Part shown: piece after piece, positions 1 to 20,340 of the stretch
Layout: each line of letters opens with the position of its first letter
How positions within the stretch are numbered: position 1 is the stretch's first letter
Source of the DNA: Lobosporangium transversale
Lineage: Eukaryota
Length of the DNA stretch: 64,000 bases
NCBI RefSeq assembly: GCF_002105155.1
Contig: NW_019028996.1
Span: 558,001 to 622,000, forward strand
Direction of reading: 5' to 3'
Translations under genes and position numbers: made by a program
The notes under the pieces: generated by a model
Database searches by the model: none
What the model was told of the DNA's origin: nothing
Seen by the model: the letters and a program-made list of their open reading frames with translations, nothing else

Positions 1-2646
1 TTACGCTTGAACTCTTGAGTCATAGCATGTCGCGTCTTTTCCCAATGGGCATTTATTTCCTCCCTATTTAGTCATGTGGGATTGATTGATCAATTGTCAG
101 TACAAAGGATAAATCCCTTACCCATTCATGTTCAGAGAGCAGAGATGACAAAAAAAAAAAAAAAATGAGCGTGGACTTACAATGAACTAGTTCTCATAAA
201 GACTTTGTTCGTCTTGAAGTTGGATCTTTTTAGCAGTTCCGGATCCTTAAAATGAAAAAAAAATAGGGATCCTGCATGTGAGAGGGGTGTTCTGCCGCTG
301 CTGTTGAGGGCATCAGCACCTGAGGCAAAGATTGTTCTTGAGCCATCTGTGTAGGCTGTCAATATCTCGTCCTGATCTCGGGATCTATCCTCTTCTAAGG
401 AGCCATCCATGCGATCGTCTTCGACATTTTCAACTTGGGCATGGCTCTCCTCATCCTCCTCATGGTCATTGCCAAACAAAGTAAAAGTCCCTGATGTCGG
501 GGTGAAGAGTGACCTGAGATCAGTGGCAACCTGGAATTGAGTTTTGATCTCACTATCCTTCTTATTATTAGTAGGTGGTGGAGAGGCAGAGGTTTCTGAT
601 CTGTTATCAACCTCATTGTCATGGTTCAAAGTGTCATTATCAAACGCAAATGAGAACCCGACAGCTTTCTTGGGCTGCTTAGCATCCTGCACCTCCACAG
701 TGCCGCTATTCATGCTATTACCACTTTCAATTTCCTTCTGTTTCTGTCCATGATGTGAGTCATTAGTATCCAGTATATAATTTTGAGGCTCTCCTTGCTC
801 CTCTTCTGACTCAGAATCAAATACGCTCCTTGAGAAGTCATGCACAGAGTCTGTTGATGTCTTTGGTGGCGAGGGTAATGTTGAAAGAGGTGGTGAAGGA
901 TCGGCATCCGGGTCGTATCGAACTGTTAAGCCTGTAGTATACCCAAGACCACCTTTAGCCTGTCTTGCAAAGTCTTCCTCTTTCTTTTTGTTCCGTACAG
1001 CAGCGTCGCCGAACATGGCGCGGAGTACATTCATAGCTTGTATCTTTTCTGCAGACACATTTGATTCATGCTGGCGATCCTCGTCCAAAATAATGCCTTC
1101 AATATCCGCGCCAATTCCGCCAGTATTGAGGCGATCCTGATGAGCGATAAAATCGACATCATCTTCGCCACGAATGTGATCATCTAAGAAGTCCTTAGTG
1201 AGCTGGAAACGCGAGTCAGACGTTCCAATTCTAGTTTGCATTTCGAATAAGGCTCTGCCACTGGGGCCTTCAAATTGTTCCTTGATATTGAGGGCTATTA
1301 ATTTGAGAATAAAAAAAAAAAACTTAGCTCAATATAGCACTCAATGTTCTGTTGAAGTTAGTACCCCACTCGATATAGATTGAACAATCAAAGAGAGCAC
1401 GAACATATTGTTGGATTTATTACATGGTTCTCTAAGGTTGTTTGATCCAGAATCGTCGTCCTCGTCATCAGAAGCAAACATTTCCTTGGTAGTACTCTTC
1501 AACGCCTTCTTTTTGTCAGTGAGAATTTGACCCCTATCCTCATCCTCAGAACCCGAGTCCGAGTTAAATATACTTTTGAGGGGTTTGCCCATGTTGGACA
1601 TCTTTTTTGCATGGTCTGCTTCCATCTTTTCGTAATCTTCGCTTTCATAGCTATCGTCACCAGAGTCCGAAAACACGACATGGCCCACTTTCTTTTCTCT
1701 AGAGTCGATGTTGGATAGTGTGGATGTAATTAATTGCTGCCGTCTCTCTCGTACTGCCTCTAATTCAGCCTCTCGAGCCTCTAAAGCCTTCAGACGAGCG
1801 TTATTTGATTCTTCAGCTAATTTAGTGGCGATCGCTGGACTGCCCTTACTAAGTCGATCGTGTTCATTGTCGTCGTCAGAGTCAAAGAGACCTCCGATGC
1901 CGGTTGAAGATGAGGATTGGAGTTGAGCAATCGTTTTAATCGTGTCTTCATCTAAAACTCCATCCTCTTCCTCTTCTCCGCTTTCCATTTCTTCATCTTG
2001 ATCCTCATCGTGCTCGTCTTTACTATTGTCCTCCAAAATGTCCGATGGTGATTGATTGGTCCTTGTTTCTTCTTCATCTTCATCCTCTCCAAATAGATCT
2101 TCTGGCTTTGAGTCTCGCTGCGCTCTAGATAGTTTTGACGTTAAAGGACTGTCTAATACAACATCACCGAAGAGGTCATCTATATTGGTCTCCTGTAATA
2201 GGGATGAATCAATACTCTCCATATATGGTCCTCCGTCTTCATTGTCATCAAGGTCAGAGTCATCTAATGATAATGCTTTCGGGCTCATGTTCAGCCCTGC
2301 AAGCACAGAAGCCATCATTGCACGGTCATTTGCTATGTTGACATTGTCAAGTGACTGTTGTAATCCCGAGGTTTTGTCTGTTGAGAGAGTCTTTATATCT
2401 CTGCCTTGCACGGCCGATTTCTTCTTTTCTGCCATATCCATATTACTATTGGTAGTGATGGGAGTAGGCTTCGGTTTTGCAAGGAAAGAGGCAAGTGCAA
2501 CCTCAGTGGGAAGATGCTTGCCCTTGGGTTTTGGTTCGTTTTCATCAATTCGGTAGATCAATTGGTCGAATGGCAAGGGCTTCTCAGCGATATTAAAGAG
2601 TTTCTCCACATTATTTTTGTAGTGTGACGGATCATATGTCATCTTT

Positions 2647-2684
<38 letters not shown>

Positions 2685-3847
2685 GAGCATTAAAAAAAAA
2701 AAAAGTAAGTCTTAAAGGTTGTACAATGCGCAGGCAGTTATAGAAGGAGTATTATGAGGAACATACACGATCTAATTTCATAGTGATTACTGGTCGGCCG
2801 TAGCGCCCTCTTTTCCAACCTCGCTTCCCATCCATGTTCTTTTCTGTAATCAAGGACATATCTTCAGCGTGTTTTGCTGGATTCCTTTTCCATTTTTTGA
2901 GTAGTGCTTCTTGTTCTTTCTTTTCGATCTTCGCTTGAAGCTCCAAATCTTCTTTCCGTCTATGAGCGTGTACAAGATAAAATAAAATATAGAAATAAAA
3001 AGGTGCGGTCAATTGGACTGCAAGGCTGGGCTATCATATATCTCAACCGATAAATGAGGGACTGTTATTGACTTGTAGTCGAACAATTACTTTGTTTGCC
3101 AGTCTTTGTTTGCTTCCTCAATCTTCAGGACGTTTCCCTTCCATTTGGCACCATTAAATAACGCGAGGCATTTTTGTAGCTCTTTCCGTGTTGTGTCCAA
3201 AGTGATATATCCAAATCCACGGCAAGATCCGTCCAGGTCCTTTGCCAGATAAAGGTCCCTGGGCTGTCCAAACGATTTAAATCGGCCCTCAAGCTCTGTC
3301 AAGGTAACATCTTTTGCTAGCCCGCGGACGAATGCTCTATATGAGATATGCTCTTAAAAATAGGCGAATTGATTTCGGTCTTGTCAGATCGATCAGTTAT
3401 GTTGTTAATGTATAGTCAATTGTAATGAATTCCCTCACTCTTAAACAACATACCATTAGGATCTATGGGAACTTTTGAGGGTTTTGGTTTTTTGACTTTA
3501 GCAGATGTACTTGGGGCATCTTCTTCTGTAAATAGATCAGGTGGAATTGAAGCTGATGTTGTTGAGCCCCTGTTAATACTTTTATTCTTTTGCTTCAAAT
3601 GTCCCTGTTGATATTGCTTTGAGCCAGCAAGAGCATTGGTCTTCGAGTTGGAGTTTCCATGGATCGCTCCTGCTCCTATTCCTGTATGTATATCTGATTT
3701 AATTCTTGCTTCTGTCCTTACTCCTGCTGGTTTTGAACTTGGCTTGCCCGGCACGTTATTATTATTATTACTATCAGTAGAGTCTTCTTTAGAGCCTCCA
3801 GAAGATGGCCGAGGCCTACTATTGAAATTTTTGGAGTTGGCTACCAT
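1..3847 (-). CDS. NOL8: Nucleolar RRM protein, NOL8/Nop8-like; 3' end lies beyond the window edge
   Basis: ATG at 3847. Exons approx 3847-3454, 3352-3091, 2959-2767, 2642-1424, 1294-181, 63-<1 with GT..AG boundaries. RRM with RNP1-like CRGFGYITL and 'LFNGAKWKGNVLKIEEA', then 'GWKRGRYGRPV', long acidic tracts, 'KEQFEGPSGRALFEMQTRIGTSDSRFQL' and a C-terminal 'FFFH...FMRT...W' pattern typical of NOL8. Confidence 0.8.
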
Positions 3848-4133
3848 TAAGGCAACGGAATGAACGTAATGACAGTAAGAAAAAGGCTGATGCTTCTCGA
3901 CCCTTGTGCTCCAATCTGTCTTACTGATTAACTGAACCACAAAAAAAAATGCTGGAAACAAACAAATCACACAGTCACAATAATTAATTAGATTCATGTG
4001 ACATAACCGGCCAAGATTGTGCTGCACTCGCATTCCACGTAAGGTATATTTAAATAAATTTTAGGACGTGGTTGGGCCAGATTCATTTTCAGTTCGTGTC
4101 ACTTTCCCAGCGCGTCCACACAGACCTCATCTC

Positions 4134-4164
<31 letters not shown>

Positions 4165-4227
4165 TCTTCTTTCCTTTTCCTTTTTCCCTTCCTCTGACAA
4201 TAACCATTGCATTGCTCTTATTCCTAG

Positions 4228-7226
<2,999 letters not shown>

Positions 7227-7584
7227 GTGTACATTGGTTTCGTTGACCATGGATAGAGAGTGTTCTTGACACAATAAGAAAATCGCTTTAAAACGTACTA
7301 CATGTCTTCACGTATTGTGAAATCAATGTTGTAAATGTGTAAATGGTCATTACGAACCATCTTTGCTGATAGCTCATTAACAAGGAACTGGGGTCTGCAA
7401 GAAGGACTCGACAAAATCAAATAGAGATTATTGAGGCAGTGAACAGTTTGCTTGAGACACTGTCTTGCCTCACCTTGCCTCACCGCTTTCCAACTCTTTT
7501 AAAGCACAGACACACGCATCGCATCTTTGTACTCCTGTTAATGTAATCCTCTTCATCCACTGCACAACATTCTTCTTTTTTGAA

Positions 7585-8616
7585 ATGACAATGCATTTTG
7601 CGAAGCAGCAGTTACATTACACTTTCAATGCTGCAAGATTGCTGCTACTAGCAGTGTCTTGTATGTCCTGGCTGATTGCAATATGCTCAACACCTACGTT
7701 GGCAGCCCCTCTCCCAGCCTCCTTAATGAGAAATGCGACTTTGAGCAAGAGACAATCAATCGACAACGACATTGACGTTCATAGAACCCATTTATATCTG
7801 GCAAATAAAGTCTTTGATGATATGGAGGATCTTCTCAATTCAACTGAATTAGATCCATGTCAGATGTGTCAGAGGGGCATGCGAATGGCAAAGGAATTTT
7901 CTCTACAGGCACCTGAGTACCTCTCTGGTGTCCTGAGAGAACTCTGTGCCAAATATTCATTCAGGCGATTGGATGCCTGTGCAGGTCTGATGGAGCGCCT
8001 TAGTGAACAGTTGGTGGGGATTTTCTCAGAGATGAACCTAGAGGGATCAGATGGATATTATGCCTGTGCCTATTCTTTCCCAGGATCATGTCCAGTGCCT
8101 TTGCACCAACCTGCAGACATAGCCTTCCCAAAAGCTAAACCTGTCAATGCTGTGCAACCAGCGCCCAGTGGACAGACCATCCAAGTCCTCCATTTTTCAG
8201 ACTGGCATCTGGATCCCTTGTATAAAGTAGGGTCAGAAGCAAAATGCAGTCACAACATTTGTTGTCGTGACTATGGTTCCTGGAACGATCCAGGGCCGAT
8301 CAAGAAACGAGCATCGAAATGGGGGGACGGTAAATGTGATACGCCCATTGCACTAGGACTGAACACTCTGGAGACGATTCCCAAGTTTGTGCCCAATGCG
8401 AGCTTTGGATTGTTTACTGGCGATATTGTGAGCCATGATGCTTGGATGATCAGTGAAAAGTATGTGGCGGACGAGGAAATCAGGAGCTATGAGCTTTTCA
8501 AGAAGTATCTCCAAGATCTAAAGTTGTATGTTGCTATGGGCAACCACGACTCGTACCCTAGTGATCAGGCTCCTGGACGACAAAGGCCGGACTCTTATAT
8601 TACTCATAAATGGTAG

Positions 8617-8659
<43 letters not shown>

Positions 8660-10029
8660 CAGCAGTTATATTGTGTATATTCTCGTGATAACCGTATTGA
8701 TTAATATATATATAATTGAGAATAGGTTATATGATCATGTGGCAGGGATCTGGGAAAAGAATAATTGGATCACATCTATTGAAGCTGAATACGCCCGCTC
8801 ACACAACGCCATGTTTATGACAAGGCCTATGGATGGCCTCAAATTGATCACCTTAAATACAGATTTATATTATGTCCGCAACTTCTTCACTATGCTGGAC
8901 ACCAACTTGGATGATCCCAGCGGGATGCTTCATGATCTGGTTCTAGAACTTCAAGACAGCGAGGATCGTGGTGAACGAGGTAAATGGAGTATTTGGGCTT
9001 AAAAAAATATCTCGCATTATCTGTGGTTTATTCTTATGTGCTTTTTTTCCTTTTTTTTCTTGTCTTGACATCCAACATGGCTTACAGATGATGTCTATAA
9101 ACTTAACATTGTCTAGTCTGGATCATGGGACACATGGCACCTATCACCAGGTCATTACCTCGCTCTTCTTTGCTCTTTCAAAAGATTGTTGCTCGATATT
9201 CTCCGCATGTGATTGCAGGAATCTTTACAGGTCATTATCATCAGGACAAGTTTATTGTCGTTCATGACCCAGATGCGCTTGAACAGACCGAAGAGTCTGC
9301 TCTCAATGTCATCTATCAGGGCCCAAGTGTCACTCCACTTGATAGATCCAATCCTGTAAGATGTTCATCTCAATTAAGCTTTTTTTTGTTTTGTTTTGTT
9401 TTCGTAAAAAAAAACGATAGTCTTTCAATCGTGCCATTAACCTAAAAACACGATCAACTTTTGTTTTTTTTTTTTTTTTTTTTTTTTTTTTGTAGGCTAT
9501 TCGCTGGTATGATGTCGATGCAAAGACATTTTCAATCCTAAATACGCATACAGCTGTAGCAGATATCATTGGGCAAGGAGCTTATTGGGAGGCTAATGAC
9601 ATGGAGCCAGAATGGAAGCACGAATATTCAGCCAGAGAAACGTATGCTGATCCAGCGGACCCACTTGATCCAGAAGATCCGTTGTCACCAGCGTTTTGGC
9701 ACAGAACTGTAGAGAGAATGAAGGAAGACCGCGAGTTGTTTAAGACTTATTTGCAATATGAGTCCAAGTTATCAGAAGAGGCAAAGCCGTGTCATAAAGG
9801 GTCAGCTTGTGAGTATGAAGCGTTGTGCCAGATGCAAGCTTCGACAGTGGTTCAACACCAACAATGCACAGAGGACGCAGAGACACTCAAAGGCACAAAG
9901 AACAAAAAGAAGCCTAATAAGAAGAAGCCTTTTAGTGTCACCCGAGCTGGAAAGGAAGTCATTGTGGGGGACTACGATGAGGAACGTGGCTACATTGAAG
10001 GACTAGGAGTGGAGAGAAGGGGTATGTAG
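7585..10029 (+). CDS. Secreted acid sphingomyelinase-like metallophosphoesterase (saposin-B + calcineurin-like domain)
   Basis: Exons 7585(or 7591)-8612, 8726-8979, 9117-9355, 9496-10029. Hydrophobic signal segment, KR processing site, saposin-type cysteines (CQMC...C...C...C...C), and metallophosphoesterase motifs SDWHLD, TGDIVSHD, GNHD, GH, GHYHQD. Confidence 0.9.
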
Positions 10030-12904
10030 ATCGTTGAAAAGAAATAGACTACACAATAGAGCATAATCAGTCTCGATCCAGAGAAGTTTATGGGCTTCAA
10101 AGACATGTAGAGGCGCGTAGAGGCGCGTAGGAACTAGCAAAGTATTGTCACCAACAGCAAGAAGTGTCGAGCTCATAATTGATGAATGACTTTTTGTCTG
10201 ATTCAGAAAAGTTGATTAATTTGTTCCGCGTCTCCATCACTCCCCTCTGTTTATTTTCATAGCAATCTGTACCAATCCCTTTACGAGCCTATACCGCCTC
10301 CACTTCTTGTTAAAACTTTTTTTTATGAGGCCAGTGATTTGGGTGTGTGTGTAGTCTGATAAGTACACGCCAATTTCAATATTGTGCCTATTAGCTGTTA
10401 AACACGTCCTGTTTTGTGCTGTGTAACTTTGCGACACCAGAGGGTGATATTGGCGATATCAACACAGTATCGGCTCAGAGTGCTATTGGTGGTACCGACA
10501 CCACAAGGTATTGGCAAAGGTCATAAACAATATTATTTTAAAGTACTCAATTTGAATAAAAAAAACAAAAAAATATGGAATAGTATGCATTAATGTGTTC
10601 ATGGCTTCCTACCGAGGACTCTATCCCTCGGAACAACTGCTGCTCGCTCCTTTTGATTGGGCCATTTCAATTATAGAGTACAACCACACCACGGTCAGCA
10701 CAAGTCTTCGAAGGGAACACAGCATAAACAGGGTGGTGCTTATTAACTATCCCTTGGACCGTAGGACGGGCATATTTGTCCAATTAACTTTCATCAACCC
10801 AGTTTTTATATGATTAGGTTTCACATGAAGTTTAAATTCTACCCTCAAGGAGGTTTTCCTCGCAAATATCCATGCATATTCTATTTTCCTCTTACCTCGC
10901 GTTATAACGGCCTTAGAAACTGGGGGAATTGTTGCGTATATACCAAGACTTGGGAGTGCACCTCAGGGGCACTTCCATTTTTGTTCATAAGGTCACATTC
11001 TGTGACGGTCATGGCGGGTCTCTAATAAAAGGCTCCCGCCTGGCAACAATAACAAAAACAACTTTGATGTCCTTGACTAGCGTCCCCCATAGAAAACATC
11101 TCCGCTTTCCCTTTTCCTAATGAGCCTGAACCTGTCTATACTGGTATATCAATGGTAGACTAAAGTTTTTTTTTTTTTTTTTCGCGATGGGCTAGTTGCC
11201 TGTCATTGAGAGACTGATCTGGATGCGCAGCTGAAATTGGGCTCACCAGCTACAGGGCGTAAAAAGTGAGCCAGGATTAAACGACCCTGAGCGAATCTTA
11301 TTTTCTGTCAAGGATATTCACTCATCTCAAAGAACAATGTCCAAGGCACAGACAGTCGATTAACAAACCTTTTTTACTCCTTTTCAGTACATGCACGTGT
11401 ACCAAGAAACAAGGGACGCTTCCATTAATCAAAATAAGCAGTGGAAAATAAATTTTATTAACGTATATATTTAAATAGATACAATATACATTTCTATCGT
11501 ATGTACATTGTATCACGATAAGAGCAGGAGCACTATTTGTCGAGAAGATGCATTTGAACGGAATTGCTTCCGGAGGACGGGTCCATTCAAAGGGTGACCA
11601 CAGAGCAAGGAAGGGTGATTTCAGGGCAAGGGAAAACAAGCCAAAAAAAACGGATTGTTTTTTTTGAGGATAGCTCAGGGTGAACAATTAAATTTATAAC
11701 ATATATTTATATTTATGGCATGCAAGGGTCGGTTCTTTTTGTTCTGATGGGAATATGTGTCACTGTGTCAATGTGAAAACAAATCTCGTTCGCTACAAAA
11801 AACGTTACATTTCTTTTTGCTTTGTTTATGAATACAGATGCAATCTGTGGGAGAGTAATGGATCTTGAATGCGCCATAGAGAGCCTTTCTTCTCCTTTCG
11901 CCAACTGAATCTAGTCTCCATTCGTCCTATCTTTTATATACTTGACATTTGCCCAGTTCAACTAATTGTGATCTCGTGTGGACTTTTAAATTAAATCGGG
12001 CTATATCATGATCTCTGCACTAAAGATATTGGAAAAAAAAAAGAAAGAAAAAGGCATCAGGTCTTTCTCACCATTTAAAAGTCAAAATGAATGCTAGCTG
12101 TACCTTCACATAGAATGCCACTGTAGGAGAAAATGTATACTGTGTACCTTCAAAGATAGTTTCCCAAGAATGCAAAGTAGCGTTTGAACACAAACGCTAA
12201 CCAGGGAATTTCCAACCTGGAAAAAAAAAGTGAGCGCTCCTTTTACAATCGAACCTGGTGCGTCTAATTGGACCGACAGCGCGTGCTTTTTTTTTTTTTT
12301 TTTTTTTTTTGCAAATTATGAATAAGCATGCACAAGAAAGTAATTGAAGAGAGCAGTAAGGCCCTTTGTCAAATGTGGGCTCAGTTGGCTCAAATGAATT
12401 ATCCCTGCCAGGTCTTGGCCCCTCCTTTTTCATACATTTCTAAATAGTAATGAAGAAAAGGAGAGAATAAGTGTGGGCTAGAATGTGTAGTGTTAACATT
12501 TGCCACTTTTTTTTTTTTTTTTTTTTTTTTATTATTCAAGACATTTACCCCCAAGGGTCTCAAAGGAAAAAATAAAAATAAAAAAATAAAAAAAAATAAA
12601 AAAGCAAATGTGATAATATATACCATTGATTGGATTCCATTCGCACAGCAACGACAACGACAACGGCAACAGCAATAACAATAACAGGCAGAGGTGGTGC
12701 ATATCTTTTTCATATTATTTCCCATTTCAGTTATCTTTTTTTAAAGGATGCTGCGTACACAAACCCACAAACAGAATAAAATTAAAGTTAATGAGAAAAC
12801 CTCTTGAGCACCAGAGTCAACCGGAATGTGATGAGAACCCATCCGTTTTGAAAAACCATTTGCATTTACTCACTAAAACACTCTAGAGAAACTAATTGGT
12901 AGGG

Positions 12905-12912
12905 TATAAAAA
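12905..12912 (+). promoter_or_regulatory. Probable TATA box of the subtilisin gene
   Basis: TATAAAAA about 225 nt upstream of ATG 13130, followed by a CT-rich leader. Confidence 0.45.
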
Positions 12913-13129
12913 GACGGCCATGTCCGCTTTTTATCATGTTCCTTAGATATCGCATTCTTGATCTCCCTTTTACTGTCTTCAAGGTTCATTACTTCCTTTC
13001 TCCCCCCTTCCCTGACCTTCGTTGCTCATCCCGTCAATAAACTCTTCTTCCTTTTAATCCCCTCCCCATCTTCAATCATTTCTTCTCAACTCCTGTTACC
13101 TCTTTCTCTATCAGTCATAGTTTCTAATA

Positions 13130-16083
13130 ATGAAAATTAGTTTTCTTCTCAGCCTCGCTGCTGCTACATCCATTGTCTCTGCTGGCAAGTTTAATCCTAG
13201 CCAAATCCGTCCTAATGTTGACGAGATCCCTGGTGCCTTCATCATCGAGTTTGAAGATGGTGTTGATCAGGTGAAGGCCAACACCTTCTTGACCAGCCAT
13301 AAGGATCTAGACTTCAAATTCCGTGGCCAGTACAATCTTTTCAATGGAGCCTCGATCCAGGTCAAGTCTGGCCATACCGGCGAGGACATTGCCAAGATTC
13401 CAGGTGTCAAGCGTGTCTGGCCAGTTGAGCGTTACCAACTTCCTAAGCCCGATCTCTCGAATGAAGATAAGGCCCAGCCCCATTTGACCTCTGCACACAA
13501 GATGACAGGCGTGGATTATGTCCAAAAGGCCTTCAAGTACACTGGAAAAGGCATCAAGGTCGGTGTCATCGACTCTGGAGTTGACTACAAACACCCTGCT
13601 CTCGGTGGTTGCTTCGGCAAGGGCTGCCGTGTCCGTTATGGCTGGGATTTTGTCGGTGAAGATTATGACAAGGAATATATCCCTACCCCAGACGCTGGTA
13701 CGTATTTTTTCGCATAGGAGAAGACTTGGAAATTTTTCATACCATTCAGCTTCTAATGTCGATCCGCAAGCCATTGAAATCAATCTCTTGGTGTCTGGCC
13801 TGGTCTGACCTAGTCTGTTTTAACAATTATACTTTTCTTTACTTCAAAAAATTTAGATCCCAGAGATACCTGCAATGGCCACGGTACTCATGTTGCTGGT
13901 ATCATTGGCGCTGACGCTCGCAAGGTCGGTGCTCCTCAGCCCTTCGTCGGTGTCGCTCCTGAAGTCACCTTTGGTGCCTACAGAATCTTCTCATGCGCCG
14001 GTTCTGGCAGTTCTGATATCATCATGCTGGTAAGTTACTTTTTACCACATTCAATTAATTCAATTAAGGTAGAGATTTAACTCTTTTTTCTAATAATTTT
14101 GATTATTTCCATTTTCTTACTTGAAAGGCCATGGAACTCGCTTTCAACCAAGGTATGAACATTATCAACATGTCTCTCGGCTCTGGCTCCGCCTTCAGGT
14201 CCACTCCCATCGCTGTCCTTGCTGATAGGTTGACCGCTTCTGGCTTGACTGTGGTCGCTTCTGCCGGTAACAATGGCGACGATGTAAGTGCACACAATGC
14301 TCTGGATTGTAAACATCTGCTAATTCCACCTCTGAACTATAAAGGTTTCGTTTCTCACCTTTTTGTTTCCCACGCCTTTGTATACTTTTGATTGTTTCCT
14401 TAGGGTGTCTGGATGGTTGGAAACTCTGGCTTAGGTGCTCTCTCAACCTCAGTTGCCTCGTACGACAATATTGCTGGTTCCTACTACTATTTCTCATACG
14501 CCGGAGTTGAGCATCCCTATGCTGTCTCCCAAGCCTGGAATAAGATCATCAACCTCCCTGCCAGCGCTACTCTTGTTCCTGTTTTTGAGAAAGACGGTGC
14601 CCTCTCCGATGGATGCTTACCCACCTCATACGCTGGCCAGAACATCTCCGGCAAGGTTGTACTTGTCCATGGTGATACCACGCGTTGCAAGTCTGGTGGC
14701 CGTGGCGCTGCTGCCAAGGCTGCTGGTGCAGCCGGTATGTTAGTCCAGAGCGTTCCTTTGGGTCTTAGTAACCTTGGGGGCAACCCTGATTTCCCCATGG
14801 CTTCTATTGAGTTTGGTGCTGCTGAAGATATACTTGCTGCCTACAAGAAGGACTCTGCTAGTACTCTCAAATGGTTTTCTGGCAAGAAGTCGTTCAGAGT
14901 TGAGGGTGGCGGTCATCCTTCAGATTTTTCATCTTGGGGATTTGATGGTGATCTCCACATAAAGCCAGATATTGCTGGACCTGGTGGAAACATCCTCTCA
15001 ACCTACCCCCTTGACTTGGGAAGCTATGCTATTGAATCCGGTACCTCAATGTCAGCCCCATATGTCGCCGGTGCTCATGCTCTTCTCTACAGCGCCCACA
15101 AGAAGGTTCTTCGGGGCCAAGATGCTCGAAAAATCTTGATGAACACTGCTGTTCCTGGTAGTTTCTTCAACCACAGTGTTCTGGCACCAGTGGCCAAGCA
15201 AGGAAGTGGTCTTGTCAATGTCAAGAACGCTGTTTCTGTTCAGACCATTTTCTCCCCAGATAGGATTGAGCTCTTGGATTCTGTCCATTTTACCGGCAAG
15301 AGTGTTGATGTTCGTATCAAGAATGTTGGCAAGCGCACTATCGTCTACCACCTCAGCCATGAAGTTGCAGAGTCTGCTGTTTCTTACCGTGGTGGCAATT
15401 CCTTCCCATTACCCGATCCCATCCTGGAGAACCACAAGGCTACTGTCAAATTCTCGCAGGCCAAGGTTTCCGTCCGTGCTGGCCAGACTGCCAAGATCAA
15501 GGTCCAGTTCAAGGAGCCTTCGACTGGCAAGGCAAATGAATTCCCCTTCTACTCTGGTTATATCGTTGCTACTCCTCAAGGCAAGGACGCTATCCCCGTT
15601 CGTATCCCATATGCTGGTGTGAAGGGTGATGTTGCTAAGGTCCCTATGCTTGACACCGACTTTGGTCTCCCTGCTTTCTTTGTCGCCGACAAGGAGTCTG
15701 GTAAGATCAGCGATATTGAGAAGGGTCACAAGTTGGACTTCTCTGTTGAACAGCCAATCATTGCCACTCGTCTCGGAAGCCACACCCCGGAGCTCTCCCT
15801 TCGCTTGTTCAACAGCAAGAACAAGTTCGTCGGCTATTTAAACACTCAGTTTGGACCCGTTGCCTCTCCTTTTGGTCGTGACAAGAATATTGATTCCGAT
15901 ACGAACAAGCCCACCATCCGTACCTTCAGCTGGTTGGATGGTAAGGTCTTTGCAAGCCTCAATGCCACCTCTGCCATTTCTGTCCCCTCTGGCAGCTACA
16001 AGGTCGTCGTTGCTGCTCAGCGCAAGCTTAGCAAGGGCAATTACCCTAAAGACTTTGAGGTGTACGAGGTTGCTGATATCAAG

Positions 16084-16089
<6 letters not shown>
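13130..16089 (+). CDS. Secreted subtilisin-like serine protease (S8A, Vpr/C5a-peptidase-like: signal, propeptide, S8 with PA insert, Fn3-like C-terminus)
   Basis: Exons 13130-13697, 13857-14029, 14128-14283, 14404-16089. Catalytic triad motifs [24 protein letters not shown], oxyanion [13 protein letters not shown]. Signal peptide [18 protein letters not shown]. Confidence 0.95.
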
Positions 16090-16119
<30 letters not shown>

Positions 16120-16542
16120 ACCATATAAAAAAGGGTCCATGATCCCTCCTTCCCTTCTTATTTGGATGAATTATTACCTTCTTACTTCAATTCCTGCACA
16201 GTTCACGACCCTCCACATCATTCGCGCGAGAAAAAAAACAACAATTAGAGTATGTAATAATAGATTTCAATAAATATATTCATTAAAATGAAAAGTTATT
16301 AATAATGCCACCAATGTATGACCAGCATTTGTTCACACGTATTTACCATTAACGATTACTCCCAGAGCAATCAGGATAGTAAGCTTGCATACATCTTCAT
16401 TCTATATAAATAAATAAAAAAAAGATATTCTAACCATTATTGAACTTATTATTTATTGATGAAGCAACAGTAATTAAAGATTCTGATATGTAAGATATGT
16501 AAGATGTGTCTGAACGCTTCTAAACATGGCAGTATTATTATT

Positions 16543-20340
<3,798 letters not shown>

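Noticed and set aside
10595..11120. Short ORFs in a moderately GC-rich intergenic stretch, possibly a decayed gene or transposon
   Set aside because: All frames I translated are interrupted, and I found no recognisable transposase, RT or kinase motif.
11205..11235. TGAGA..CTGATCTGGAT resembling a TPP riboswitch fragment
   Set aside because: Other conserved TPP elements are missing and there is no thiamine gene nearby.
12240..12290. GGTTCGATT (minus strand) resembling a tRNA T-loop or B box
   Set aside because: The flanks do not form a T-stem or cloverleaf.
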